Positions 12,777-28,100 of a DNA stretch of 64,000 nucleotides are shown piece after piece (positions within the stretch are counted from its first letter, which is position 1; every line of letters starts with the position of its first letter). The notes under the pieces are model-generated. The model made no database searches. It saw only the letters and a list, made by a program, of their open reading frames with translations, and was not told where the DNA came from. Both the position numbers and the translations under genes were made by a program. This DNA is from Heterodontus francisci (taxonomy: Eukaryota): contig NC_090378.1 in NCBI RefSeq assembly GCF_036365525.1, positions 123,923,593 to 123,987,592 on the forward strand. The letters are read 5' to 3'.

Positions 12777-13078
12777 GTATCAGTGGAGACACCATCATCA
12801 TGACCCAGTCTCCACCGGCACTGTCAGTGACACTGGGACAGACCGCAACGATCACCTGTACGGCCAGCCAGTCCGTTAGCAAGTATGTAGCTTGGTATCA
12901 GCAGCGAGACGGTCAGAAACCCACTCTCCTGATTTATGGTGCAACAACTCGATACACAGGAACATCCGAACGCTTCACCGGCAGTCAACAGAACCTCAAA
13001 TTCACTCTGACAATCAGTAATGTACAGAATGAGGATGTCGCAGATTATTACTGTCAGCAATATAACAGCTGGCCTCTA
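12777..13078 (+). CDS. IGKV: Ig kappa-type (elasmobranch NS4/type III) V exon, germline unjoined
   Basis: (G)[100 protein letters not shown]. Both conserved Cys, WYQQ, LLIY and DYYC are present, the frame is open, and a 12-RSS follows directly. Confidence 0.97.
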
Positions 13079-13106
13079 CACAGTGAGACAGAGCCGTACA
13101 AAAACT
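13079..13106 (+). promoter_or_regulatory. V recombination signal sequence, 12-bp spacer
   Basis: CACAGTG (13079-13085) + AGACAGAGCCGT (12 bp) + ACAAAAACT (13098-13106). V-12/J-23 is the kappa configuration. Confidence 0.97.
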
Positions 13107-13109
13107 TCA

Positions 13110-16100
13110 ATAGACACAGTCCCACCTCCTGCACTGACACATCCCACAGTTATATATAATATATAATAATGGACACACAGTCCCACCTCCTGTACTGACA
13201 CATCCCACAGTTATATATAATATATAATAATGGACACACAGACCCACCTCCTGTACTGACACATCCCACAGTTATATATAATATATAATAATGAACACAC
13301 AGTCCCACCTCCTGTACTGACACATCCCACAGTTATATATAATATATAATAATGGACACACAGACCCACCTCCTGTACTGACACATCCCACAGTTATATA
13401 TAATATATAATAATGGACACACAGACCCACCTCCTGTACTGACACATCCCACAGTTATATATAATATAGAATAATGGACACACAGACCCACCTCCTGTAC
13501 TGACACATCCCACAGTTATATATAATATATAATAATGGACACACAGACCCACCTCCTGTACTGACACATCCCACAGTTATATATAATATAGAATAATGGA
13601 CACACAGTCCAACTTCCTGTACTGACACATCCCACAGTTATATATAATATATAATAATGGACACACAGTCCCACCTCCTGGACTGACGCATCTCACAGTT
13701 ATATATAATATATAATAATGGACACACAGTCCCACATCCTGTACTGACGCATCTCACAGTTATATATAATATACAATAATGGACACACAGTCCCACCCCC
13801 TGTACTGACACATCCCACAGTTATATACAATATATAATAATGGATACACAGACCCACCTCCTGGACAGACACGTCCCACAGTTATATATAATATATTATA
13901 ATGGACACACAGTCCCACCTCCTATACTGACATATCCCACAGTTATATAAAATATATGATAATGGACACACAGTCCCACCTCCTGTACTGACACATCCCA
14001 CAGATATATATAATATAATAATGGACACACAGTCCCACCTCCTGTACTGACGCATCTCACAGTTATATATAATATACAATAATGGACAAACAGTCCCACC
14101 TCCTGTACTGACACATCTCACAGTTATATATAATATAAAAGAATGGACACACAGTCCCACCTCCTATACTGACAGATCCCACAGTTATATATAATATATA
14201 ATAATGGACAAACAGTCCCACCTCCTGCACTGACACATCCCACAGTTATATTCAATATATAATAATGGATACACAGACCCACCTCATGGACAGACACGTC
14301 CCACAGTTATATATAATATATAATAATGGACACACAGTCCCACCTCCTGTACTGACACATCCCACAGTTATATATAATATATAACAATGGATATACATTC
14401 CCACTTCCTGTACTGACACATCCCACAGTTATATATAATATATAATAATGGATACACATTCCCACTTCCTGTACTGACACATCCCACAGTTATATATAAT
14501 ATATAACAATGGATATACATTCCCACTTCCTGTACTGACACATCCCACAGTTATATATAATATATAATAATGGATACACATTCGCACCTCCTGCACTGAC
14601 ACATCCCACAGTTATATATAATATATAATAATGGACACACAGTCCCACCTCCTGCACTGACACATCCCACAGTTATATATAATATATAATAATGGACACA
14701 CATTGCCACTTCCTGTCCTGACACGTCCCACAGTTATATATAATATATAATAATGGACACACAGTCCCACCTCCTGCACTGACACATCCCACAGTTATAT
14801 ATAATATATAATAATGGACACACAGTCCCACCTCCTGTACTGACACATCCCAAAGATATATATAATATAATAATGGACACACAGTCCCACCTCCTGCACT
14901 GACACATCCCACAGTTATATATAATATAGAATAATGGACACACAGTCCAACTTCCTGTACTGACACATCCCACAGTTATATATAATATATAATAATGGAC
15001 ACACAGTCCCACCTCCTGCACTGACACATCCCACAGTTATATATAATATATAATAATGGACACACAGTCCCACCTCCTGCACTGACACATCCCACAGTAA
15101 GAAATAATATATAATAATAGACACACAGTCCCACCTCCTGTACTGACACATCCCACAGTAATATATAATATATAATAATGGACACACAGTCCCACCTCCT
15201 GCACTGACACATCCCACAGTTATATATAATATATAATAATGGACACACAGTCCCACCTCCTGCACTGACACATCCCACAGTTATATATAATATAGAATAA
15301 TGGACACACAGTCCAACTTCCTGTACTGACACATCCCACAGTTATATATAATATATAATAATGGACACACAGTCCCACCTCCTGCACTGACACATCCCAC
15401 AGTTATATATAATATATAATAATGGACACACAGTCCCACCTCCTGCACTGACACATCCCACAGTAAGAAATAATATATAATAATAGACACACAGTCCCAC
15501 CTCCTGTACTGACACATCCCACAGTAATATATAATATATAATAATGGACACACAGTCCCACCTCCTGCACTGACACATCCCACAGTTATATATAATATAT
15601 AATAATGGACACACAGTCCCACCTCCTGCACTGACACATCCCACAGTTATATATAATATATAATATTGGACACACAGTCCAACTTCCTGTACTGACACAT
15701 CCCACAGTTATATATAATATAGAATAATGGACACACAGTCCCACCTCCTGCACTGACACATCCCACAGTAAGAAATAATATATAATAATAGACACACAGT
15801 CCCACCTCCTGTACTGACACATCCCACAGTTATATATAATATATAATAATGGACACACCGTCCCACCTCCTGTACTGACACATCCCACAGTAATATATAA
15901 TATATAATAATGGACACACAGTCCCACCTCCTGCACTGACACATCCCACAGTTATATATAATATATAATAATGAATACACAGACCCACCTCCTGGACAGA
16001 CACGTCCCACAGTTATATGTAATATATAATAATGGACACACAGTCCCACCTCCTGCACTGACACATCCCACAGTTATATATAATATATAATAATGGACAC

Positions 16101-19100
16101 ACAGACCCACCTCCTGGACAGACACGTCCCACAGTTATATATAATATATAATAATGAATACACAGACCCACCTCCTGGACAGACACGTCCCACAGTTATA
16201 TGTAATATATAATAATGGACACACAGTCCCACCTCCTGGACTGACACATCCCACAGATATATATAATATATAATAATGGACACACAGACCCACCTCCTGG
16301 ACAGACACGTCCCACAGTTATATATAATATAGAATAATGGACACACAGACCCACCTCCTGGAAAGACACGTCCTACAGTTACATATAATATATAATAATG
16401 GACACACAGTCCCACCTCCTGTACTGACACAGCCCACAGTTATATATAATATATAATGATGAACTCACAGTCCCACCTCCTGCACTGACACATCCCACAC
16501 TAAAAAATAATATATAATAATGGACACACAGACCCACCTCCTGGAAAGACACGTCCCACAGTTACATATAATATATAATAATGGACACACAGTCCCACCT
16601 CCTGCACTGACACATCCCACAGTTATATATAATATATAATAATGGACACACAGTCCCACCTCCTGCACTGACACATCCCACAGTTATATATAATATATAA
16701 TAATGGACACACAGTCCCACCTCCTGCACTGACACATCCCACAGCTTTTTATAATATATAATAATGGACACACAGTCCCACCTCCTGCACTGACACATCC
16801 CACAGCTTTTTATAATATATAATAATGGACACACAGTCCCACCTCCTGTACTGACACATCTCACAGTTATATATAATATAAAAGAATGGACACACAGTCC
16901 CAACTCCTATACTGACAGATCCCACAGTTATATATAATATATAATAATGGACAAACAGTCCCACCTCCTGTACTGACGCATCTCACAGTTATATATAATA
17001 TACAATAATGGACACACAGTCCCACCTCCTGTACTGACACATCCCACAGTTATATTCAATATATAATAATGGACACACAGTCCCACCTCCTGTACTGACA
17101 CATCCCACAGTTATATTCAATATACAATAATGGACACACAGTCCCACCTCCTGTACTGACACATCCCACAGTTATATACAATATATAATAATGGACACAC
17201 AGTCCCACCTCCTGCACTGACACCTCCCACAGTTATATATAATATATAATAATGGACACACAGTCCCACCTCCTGCACTGACACCTCCCACAGTTATATA
17301 TAATATATAATAATGGACACACAGTCCCACCTCCTGCACTGACACATCCCACAGTTATATATAATATATAATAATGGACACACAGTCCCACCTCCTGCAC
17401 TGACACCTCCCACAGTTATATATAATATATAATAATGGACACACAGTCCCACCTCCTGCACTGACACCTCCCACAGTTATATATAATATATAATAATGGA
17501 CACACAGTCCCACCTCCTGCACTGACACATCCCACAGTTATATATAATATATAATAATGGACACACAGTCCCACCTCCTGCACTGACACATCCCACAGCT
17601 TTTTATAATATATAATAATGGACACACAGTCCCACCTCCTGCACTGACACATCCCACAGCTTTTTATAATATATAATAATGGACACACAGTCCCACCTCC
17701 TGTACTGACACATCTCACAGTTATATATAATATAAAAGAATGGACACACAGTCCCAACTCCTATACTGACAGATCCCACAGTTATATATAATATATAATA
17801 ATGGACAAACAGTCCCACCTCCTGTACTGACGCATCTCACAGTTATATATAATATACAATAATGGACACACAGTCCCACCTCCTGTACTGACACATCCCA
17901 CAGTTATATTCAATATATAATAATGGACACACAGTCCCACCTCCTGTACTGACACATCCCACAGTTATATTCAATATACAATAATGGACACACAGTCCCA
18001 CCTCCTGTACTGACACATCCCACAGTTATATACAATATATAATAATGGACACACAGTCCCACCTCCTGCACTGACACCTCCCACAGTTATATATAATATA
18101 TAATAATGGACACACAGTCCAACTTCCTGCACTGACACCTCCCACAGTTATATATAATATATAATAATGGACACACAGTCCCACCTCCTGTACTGACACG
18201 TCCCACAGTTATATATAATATATCATAATGGACACACATTCCCACTTCCTGTACTGACACATCCCACAGTTATATATAATAAATAATAATGGACACACAG
18301 TCCAACTTCCTGCACTGACACCTCCCACAGTTATATATAATATATAATAATGGACACACAGTCCAACTTCCTGCACTGACACCTCCCACAGTTATATATA
18401 ATATATAATAATGGACACACAGTCCCACCTCCTGCAATGACACCTCCCACAGTTATATATAATATATAATAATGGACACACAGTCCCACCTCCTGTACTG
18501 ACACGTCCCACAGTTATATATAATATATCAAAATGGACACACATTCCCACTTCCTGTACTGACACGTCCCACAGTTATATATAATATATAACAATGGATA
18601 TACATTCCCACTTCCTGTAGTGACACGTCCCACAGTTATATATAATATATAATAATGGACAGACAGTCCCACCTCCTGCACTGACACATCCCACAGTTAT
18701 ATATAATATATAATAATGGACGCACAGTCCCACCTCCTGCACTGACACATCCCACTTGTTATATATAATATATAATAATGGACACACATTGCCACTTCCT
18801 GTCCTGACACGTCCCACAGTTATATATAATATATAATAATGGACACACAGTCCCACCTCCTGCACTGACACATCCCACAGATATATATAATATATAATAA
18901 TGGACACACAGTCCCACCTCCTGCACTGACACATCCCACAGTTATATATAATATATAATAATGGACACACATTCCCACTTCCTGTACTGACACATCCCAC
19001 AGTAAAAAATAATATAAAATAATGGACACACAGTCCCACCTCTTGTACTGACACATCCCACAGTTATATCTAATATATAATAATGGACACACAGACCCAC

Positions 19101-22100
19101 CTCCTGTACTGACACATCCTACAGTTATATATAATATATAATAATGGACACACAGTCCCACCACCTGCACTGACACATCCCACAGTTATATATAATATAT
19201 AATAATGGACTCACGGTCCCACCACCTGCACTGACACATCCCACAGTTATATATAATATATAATAATGGACACACAGTCCCACCTCCTGGACAGACACGT
19301 CCCACAGTTATATATAATACATACTATTGGACACACAGTCCCACCTCCTGGACTGACACATCCCACAGTTATATATAATATATAATAATGGACACACAGC
19401 CCCACATCCTCTACTGACACAACCCACAGTTATATATAATATATAAGAATGGACACACAGGCCCACCTCCCGCACTGACACATCCCACTGTTATATATAA
19501 TACATAATATAGGACACAGTGTCCCACCTCCTGTACTGACACATCCCACAGTTATATATAATATATAATAATGGACTCACGGTCCCACCCCCTGCACTGA
19601 CACATCCCACAGTTATATATAATACATAATATAGGACACACTGTCCCACCTCCTGCACTGACACATCCCACAGTTATATATAATATATAATAATGGACAC
19701 ACAGTCCCACCTCCTGCACTGACACATCCCACAGTTATATGTAATATAGATTAATGGACACACAGTCCCACCTCCTCTACTGACACAACCCACAGTTATA
19801 TATAATATATAATAATTGACACACAGTCCCACCTCCTGCACTGACACCTCCCACAGTTATATATAATATATAATAATGGACACACAGTCCAACTTCCTGC
19901 ATTGACACCTCCCACAGTTATATATAATATATAATAATGGACACACAGTCCCACCTCCTGCACTGACACCTCCCACAGTTATATATAATATATAATAATG
20001 GACACACAGTCCAACTTCCTGTACTGACACGTCCCACAGTTATATATAATATATCATAATGGACACACATTCCCACTTCCTGTACTGACACATCCCACAG
20101 TTATATATAATATATCATAATGGACACACATTCCCACTTCCTGTACTGACACATCCCACAGTTATATATAATATATAATAATGGATACACAGTCCCACCT
20201 CCTGTACTGACACATCCCACAGTTATATATAATATATAACAATGGATATACATTCCCACTTCCTGCACTGACACATCCCACAGTTATATATAATATATAA
20301 TAATGGATACACAGTCCCACCTCCTGTACTGACACATCCCACAGTTATATATAATATATAACAATGGATATACATTCCCACTTCCTGTACTGACACATCC
20401 CACAGTTATATATAATATATAATAATGGACACACAGTCCCACCTCTACTGACACATCCCACAGTTATATATAATATATAATAATGGACACACAGTCCCAC
20501 CTCCTGCACTGACACATCCCACAGTTATATATAATATATAATAATGGACACACAGTCCCACCTCTACTGACACATCCCACAGTTATATATAATATATAAT
20601 AATGGACACACAGTCCCACCTCTACTGACACATCCCACAGTTATATATAATATATAATAATGGACACACAGTCCCACCTCCTGTACTGACACATCCCACA
20701 GTTATATATAATATATAATAATGGACACACTGTCCCACTTCCTGTACTGACACATTCCACAGTAAAATATAATATATAATAATGGATACACAGTCACACC
20801 TCCTGCACTGACACATCCCACAGTTATATATAATATATAATAATGGACACACTGTCCCACTTCCTGTACTGACACATTCCACAGTAAAATATAATATATA
20901 ATAATGGATACACAGTCACACCTCCTGCACTGACACATCCCACAGTTATATATAATATATAATAATGGACACACAGTCCCACCTCCTGCACTGACACATC
21001 CCACAGTTATATATAATATATAATAATGGACACACAGTCCCACCTCCTGCACTGACACATCCCACAGTTATATATAATATATAATAATGGACACACAGTC
21101 CCACCTCCTGCACTGACACATCCCACAGTTATATATAATATATAATAATGGACACACAGTCCCACCTCCTGCACTGACACATCCCACAGTTATATATAAT
21201 ATATAATAATGGACACACAGTCCCACCTCCTGCACTGACACATCCCACAGTTATATATAATATATAATAATGGACACACAGTCCCACCTCCTGCACTGAC
21301 ACATCCCACAGTTATATATAATATATAATAATGGACACACAGTCCCACCTCCTGCACTGACACATCCCACAGTTATATATAATATATAATAATGGACACA
21401 CAGTCCCACCTCCTGCACTGACACATCCCACAGTTATATATAATATATAATAATGGACACACAGTCCCACCTCCTGCACTGACACATCCCACAGTTATAT
21501 ATAATATATAATAATGGACACACAGTCCCACCTCCTGCACTGACACATCCCACAGTTATATATAATATATAATAATGGACACACATTCCCACTTCCTGTA
21601 CTGACTCATCCCACAGTTATATATAATATATAATAATGGACTCACGGTCCCACCACCTGCACTGACACATCCCACAGTTATATATAATATATAATAATGG
21701 ACACACAGTCCCACCTCCTGCACTGACACATCCCACAGTTATATATAATATATAATAATGGACACACAGTCCCACCTCCTGCACTGACACATCCCACAGT
21801 AAAAAATAATATAAAATAATGGACACACAGTCCCACCTCCTGTACTGACTCATCCCACAGTTATATATAATATATAATAATGGACTCACGGTCCCACCAC
21901 CTGCACTGACACATCCCACAGTTATATATAATATATAATAATGGACTCACGGTCCCACCACCTGCACTGACACATCCCACAGTTATATATAATATATAAT
22001 AATGGACACACAGTCCCACCTCCTGGACAGACACGTCCTACAGTTATATATAATATATAATAATGGATACACATTCCCACCTCCTGTTCTGACACATCCC

Positions 22101-25100
22101 ACAGTTATATATAATATATAATAATGGACACACAGTCCCAATTTCTCTACTGACACATCCCACAGTTATATATAATATATAATAATGGACTCACGGTCCC
22201 ACCACCTGCACTGACACATCCCACAGTTATATATAATATATAATAATGGACACACAGTCCCACCTCCTGCACTGACACATCCCACAGTTATATATAATAT
22301 ATAATAATGGACACACAGTCCCACCTCCTGGACAGACACGTCCTACAGTTATATATAATATATAATAATGGACACACAGTCCCAATTTCTCTACTGACAC
22401 ATCCCACAGTTATATATAATATATAATAATGGACTCACGGTCCCACCACCTGCACTGACACATCCCACATTTATATATAATATATAATAATGGACACACA
22501 GTCCCACCTCCTGGACAGACACGTCCTACAGTTATATATAATATATAATAATGGACACACAGTCCCAATTTCTCTACTGACACATCCCACAGTTATATAT
22601 AATATATAATAATGGACACACAGTCCCACCTCCTGGACAGACACGTCCTACAGTTATATATAATATATAGTAATGGACTCACGGTCCCACCACCTGCACT
22701 GACACATCCCACAGTTATATATAATATATAATAATGGACTCACGGTCCCACCACCTGCACTGACACATCCCACAGTTATATATAATATATAATAATGGAC
22801 ACACAGTCCCACCTCCTGGACAGACACGTCCTACAGTTATATATAATATATAATAATGGACACACAGTCCCACCTCCTGTACTGACACATCCTACAGTTA
22901 TATATAATATATAATAATGGACTCACGGTCCCACCACCTGCACTGACACATCCCACAGTTATATATAATATATAATAATGGACTCACGGTCCCACCACCT
23001 GCACTGACACATCCCACAGTTATATATAATATATAATAATGGACACACAGTCCCACCTCCTGGACAGACACGTCCTACAGTTATATATAATATATAATAA
23101 TGGACACACAGTCCCACCTCCCGCACTGACACATCCCACAGTTATATATAATATATAATAATGGACTCACGGTCCCACCACCTGCACTGACACAACCCAC
23201 AGTTATATATAATATATAAGAATGGACACACAGGCCCACCTCCCGCACTGAGACATCCCACAGTTATACATAAGATATAATATTGGACACACAGTCCCAC
23301 CTCCTGTACTGACACATCCCACAGTTATCCATAATGTATAATAATGGACACACAGTCCCACCTCCTGTACTGACACATCCCACAGTTATATATAATGTAT
23401 TATAATGGACACACAGTCCCACCTCCTGTACTGACATGTCCCACAGTTATATATAATATATAATAATGGACACACAGTCCCACCTCCTGTACTGACACAT
23501 CCCACAGTTATATATAATATATAATAATGGACACACAGTCCCACCTCCTGCACTGACACATCCCACAGTTATATATAATATATAATAATGGACACACAGT
23601 CCCACCTCCTGCACTGACACATCCCACAGTTATATATAATATATAATAATGGACACACAGTCCCACCTCCTGCACTGACACATCCCACAGTTATATATAA
23701 TATATAATAATGGACACACAGTCCCACCTCCTGCACTGACACATCCCACAGTTATATATAATATATAATAATGGACACACAGTCCCACCTCCTGCACTGA
23801 CACATCCCACAGTTATATATAATATATAATAATGGACACACATTCCCACTTCCTGTACTGACTCATCCCACAGTTATATATAATATATAATAATGGACTC
23901 ACGGTCCCACCACCTGCACTGACACATCCCACAGTTATATATAATATATAATAATGGACACACAGTCCCACCTCCTGCACTGACACATCCCACAGTTATA
24001 TATAATATATAATAATGGACACACAGTCCCACCTCCTGCACTGACACATCCCACAGTAAAAAATAATATAAAATAATGGACACACAGTCCCACCTCCTGT
24101 ACTGACTCATCCCACAGTTATATATAATATATAATAATGGACTCACGGTCCCACCACCTGCACTGACACATCCCACAGTTATATATAATATATAATAATG
24201 GACTCACGGTCCCACCACCTGCACTGACACATCCCACAGTTATATATAATATATAATAATGGACACACAGTCCCACCTCCTGGACAGACACGTCCTACAG
24301 TTATATATAATATATAATAATGGATACACATTCCCACCTCCTGTTCTGACACATCCCACAGTTATATATAATATATAATAATGGACACACAGTCCCAATT
24401 TCTCTACTGACACATCCCACAGTTATATATAATATATAATAATGGACTCACGGTCCCACCACCTGCACTGACACATCCCACAGTTATATATAATATATAA
24501 TAATGGACACACAGTCCCACCTCCTGCACTGACACATCCCACAGTTATATATAATATATAATAATGGACACACAGTCCCACCTCCTGGACAGACACGTCC
24601 TACAGTTATATATAATATATAATAATGGACACACAGTCCCAATTTCTCTACTGACACATCCCACAGTTATATATAATATATAATAATGGACTCACGGTCC
24701 CACCACCTGCACTGACACATCCCACATTTATATATAATATATAATAATGGACACACAGTCCCACCTCCTGGACAGACACGTCCTACAGTTATATATAATA
24801 TATAATAATGGACACACAGTCCCAATTTCTCTACTGACACATCCCACAGTTATATATAATATATAATAATGGACACACAGTCCCACCTCCTGGACAGACA
24901 CGTCCTACAGTTATATATAATATATAGTAATGGACTCACGGTCCCACCACCTGCACTGACACATCCCACAGTTATATATAATATATAATAATGGACTCAC
25001 GGTCCCACCACCTGCACTGACACATCCCACAGTTATATATAATATATAATAATGGACACACAGTCCCACCTCCTGGACAGACACGTCCTACAGTTATATA

Positions 25101-28100
25101 TAATATATAATAATGGACACACAGTCCCACCTCCTGTACTGACACATCCTACAGTTATATATAATATATAATAATGGACTCACGGTCCCACCACCTGCAC
25201 TGACACATCCCACAGTTATATATAATATATAATAATGGACTCACGGTCCCACCACCTGCACTGACACATCCCACAGTTATATATAATATATAATAATGGA
25301 CACACAGTCCCACCTCCTGGACAGACACGTCCTACAGTTATATATAATATATAATAATGGACACACAGTCCCACCTCCCGCACTGACACATCCCACAGTT
25401 ATATATAATATATAATAATGGACTCACGGTCCCACCACCTGCACTGACACAACCCACAGTTATATATAATATATAAGAATGGACACACAGGCCCACCTCC
25501 CGCACTGAGACATCCCACAGTTATACATAAGATATAATATTGGACACACAGTCCCACCTCCTGTACTGACACATCCCACAGTTATCCATAATGTATAATA
25601 ATGGACACACAGTCCCACCTCCTGTACTGACACATCCCACAGTTATATATAATGTATTATAATGGACACACAGTCCCACCTCCTGTACTGACATGTCCCA
25701 CAGTTATATATAATATATAATAATGGACACACAGTCCCACCTCCTGTACTGACACATCCCACAGTTATATATAATATATAATAATGGACACACAGTCCCA
25801 CCTCCTGCACTGACACATCCCACAGTTATATATAATACATAATATAGGACACACTGTCCCACCTCCTGTACTGACACATCCCACAGTTATATATAATATA
25901 TAATAATGGACTCACAGGCCCACATCCTCTACTGACACAACCCACAGTTATATATAATATATAAGAATGGACACACAGTCCCACCTCCCGCACTGACACA
26001 TCCCACAGTTATATATAATATATAATATTGGACACACAGTCCCACCTCCTGTACTGACACATCCCACAGTTATCCATAATGTATAATAATGGACACACAG
26101 TCCCACCTCCTGTACTGACACATCCCACAGTTATATATAATACATAATATAGGAAACACTGTCCCACCTCCTGTACTGACACATCCCACAGTTATATATA
26201 ATATATAATAATGGACTCACAGGCCCACATCCTCTACTGACACAACCCACAGTTATATATAATATATAAGAATGGACACACAGGCCCACCTCCCGCACTG
26301 ACACATCCCACAGTTATATATAATATATAATATTGGACACACAGTCCCACCTCCTGTACTGACACATCCCACAGTTATCCATAATGTATAATAATGGACA
26401 CACAGTCCCACCTCCTGCACTGACACATCCCACAGTTATATATAATACATAATATAGGACACACTGTCCCACCTCCTGCACTGACACATCCCACAGTTAT
26501 ATATAACACATAATATAGGACACACTGTCCCACCTCCTGTACTGATACATCCCACAGTTATATATAATATATAATAATGGACTCACGGTCCTACCTCCTG
26601 TACTGACACATCCCACAGTTATATATAATATATAATAATGGACACACATTCCCACCTCCTGCACTGACACATCCCACAGTTATATGTAATATAGATTAAT
26701 GGACACACAGTCCCACCTCCTCTACTGACACAACCCACAGTTATATATAATATATAATAATTGACACACGGTGCCACCTTCTGCACTGACACATCCCACA
26801 GATATATATAATATATGATATTGGACACACAGTCCCACCTCCCGCACTGACACATCCCACAGTTATATATAATATATAATAATGGACACACAGTCCCACC
26901 TCCCGCACTGACACATCCCACAATTATATATAATATATAATAATGGACGCCCAGTCCCTCCTCCTCGACTGATACGTTCCACAGTTATATATAATATATA
27001 ATAATGGACGCACAGTTCCACCTCCTCGTCTGACACGTTCCACAGTTATATATAATATATAATAATGGACACACAGTCCCACCTCCTGCACTGACATATC
27101 CCACAATTATATATAATATATAATAATGGACGCACAGTCCCACCTCCTGCACTGACACGTTCCACAGTTATATATAATATATAATAATGGACACACAGTC
27201 CCACCTCCTGCACTGACATATCCCACAATTATATATAATATATAATAATGGACGCACAGTCCCACCTCCTGCACTGACACGTTCCACAGTTATATATAAT
27301 ATATAATAATGGACACACAGTCCCACCTCCTGCACTGACATATCCCACAATTATATATAATATATAATAATGGACGCACAGTCCCACCTCCCGCACTGAC
27401 ACGTTCCACAGTTATATATAATATATAATAATGGACGCACAGTCCCACCTCCTGCCTTGACACATCCCACAGTGATATATAATATATAATAATTGACACA
27501 CAGTCCCACCTCACGCACTGACACATCCCACAGTTATATATAATGTATAATAATGGACGCACAGTCCCACCTCCTGTACTGACACATCCCACAGTTATAT
27601 ATAATATATAATAATGGACGCACAGTCCCCGCTCCTGTACTGACACATCCCACAGTTATATATAATATATAATAATGGACACACAGTCCCACCTCCTGCA
27701 CTGACACATCCCACAGTTATATATAATATATAATAATGGACGCACAGTCCCCGCTCCTGTACTGACACATCCCACAGCTATATATAATATATAATAATGG
27801 ACACACATTCCCACCTCCTGTACTGACACATCCCACAGTTACATATAATATATAATAATGGACGCACAGTCCCACCTCCTGTACTGACACATCCCACAGT
27901 TATATATAATATATAATAATGGACACACAGTCCCACCTCCTGTACTGACACATCCCACAGCTATATATAATATATAATAATGGACACACATTCCCACCTC
28001 CTGTACTGACACATCCCACAGTTACATATAATATATAATAATGGACGCACAGTCCCCGCTCCTGTACTGACACATCCCACAGTTATATATAATATATAAT

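Noticed and set aside
12659-13159. 166-aa ORF as the real protein
   Set aside because: It starts inside the leader intron and reads through the RSS; the true structure is the spliced leader plus V ending at 13078.
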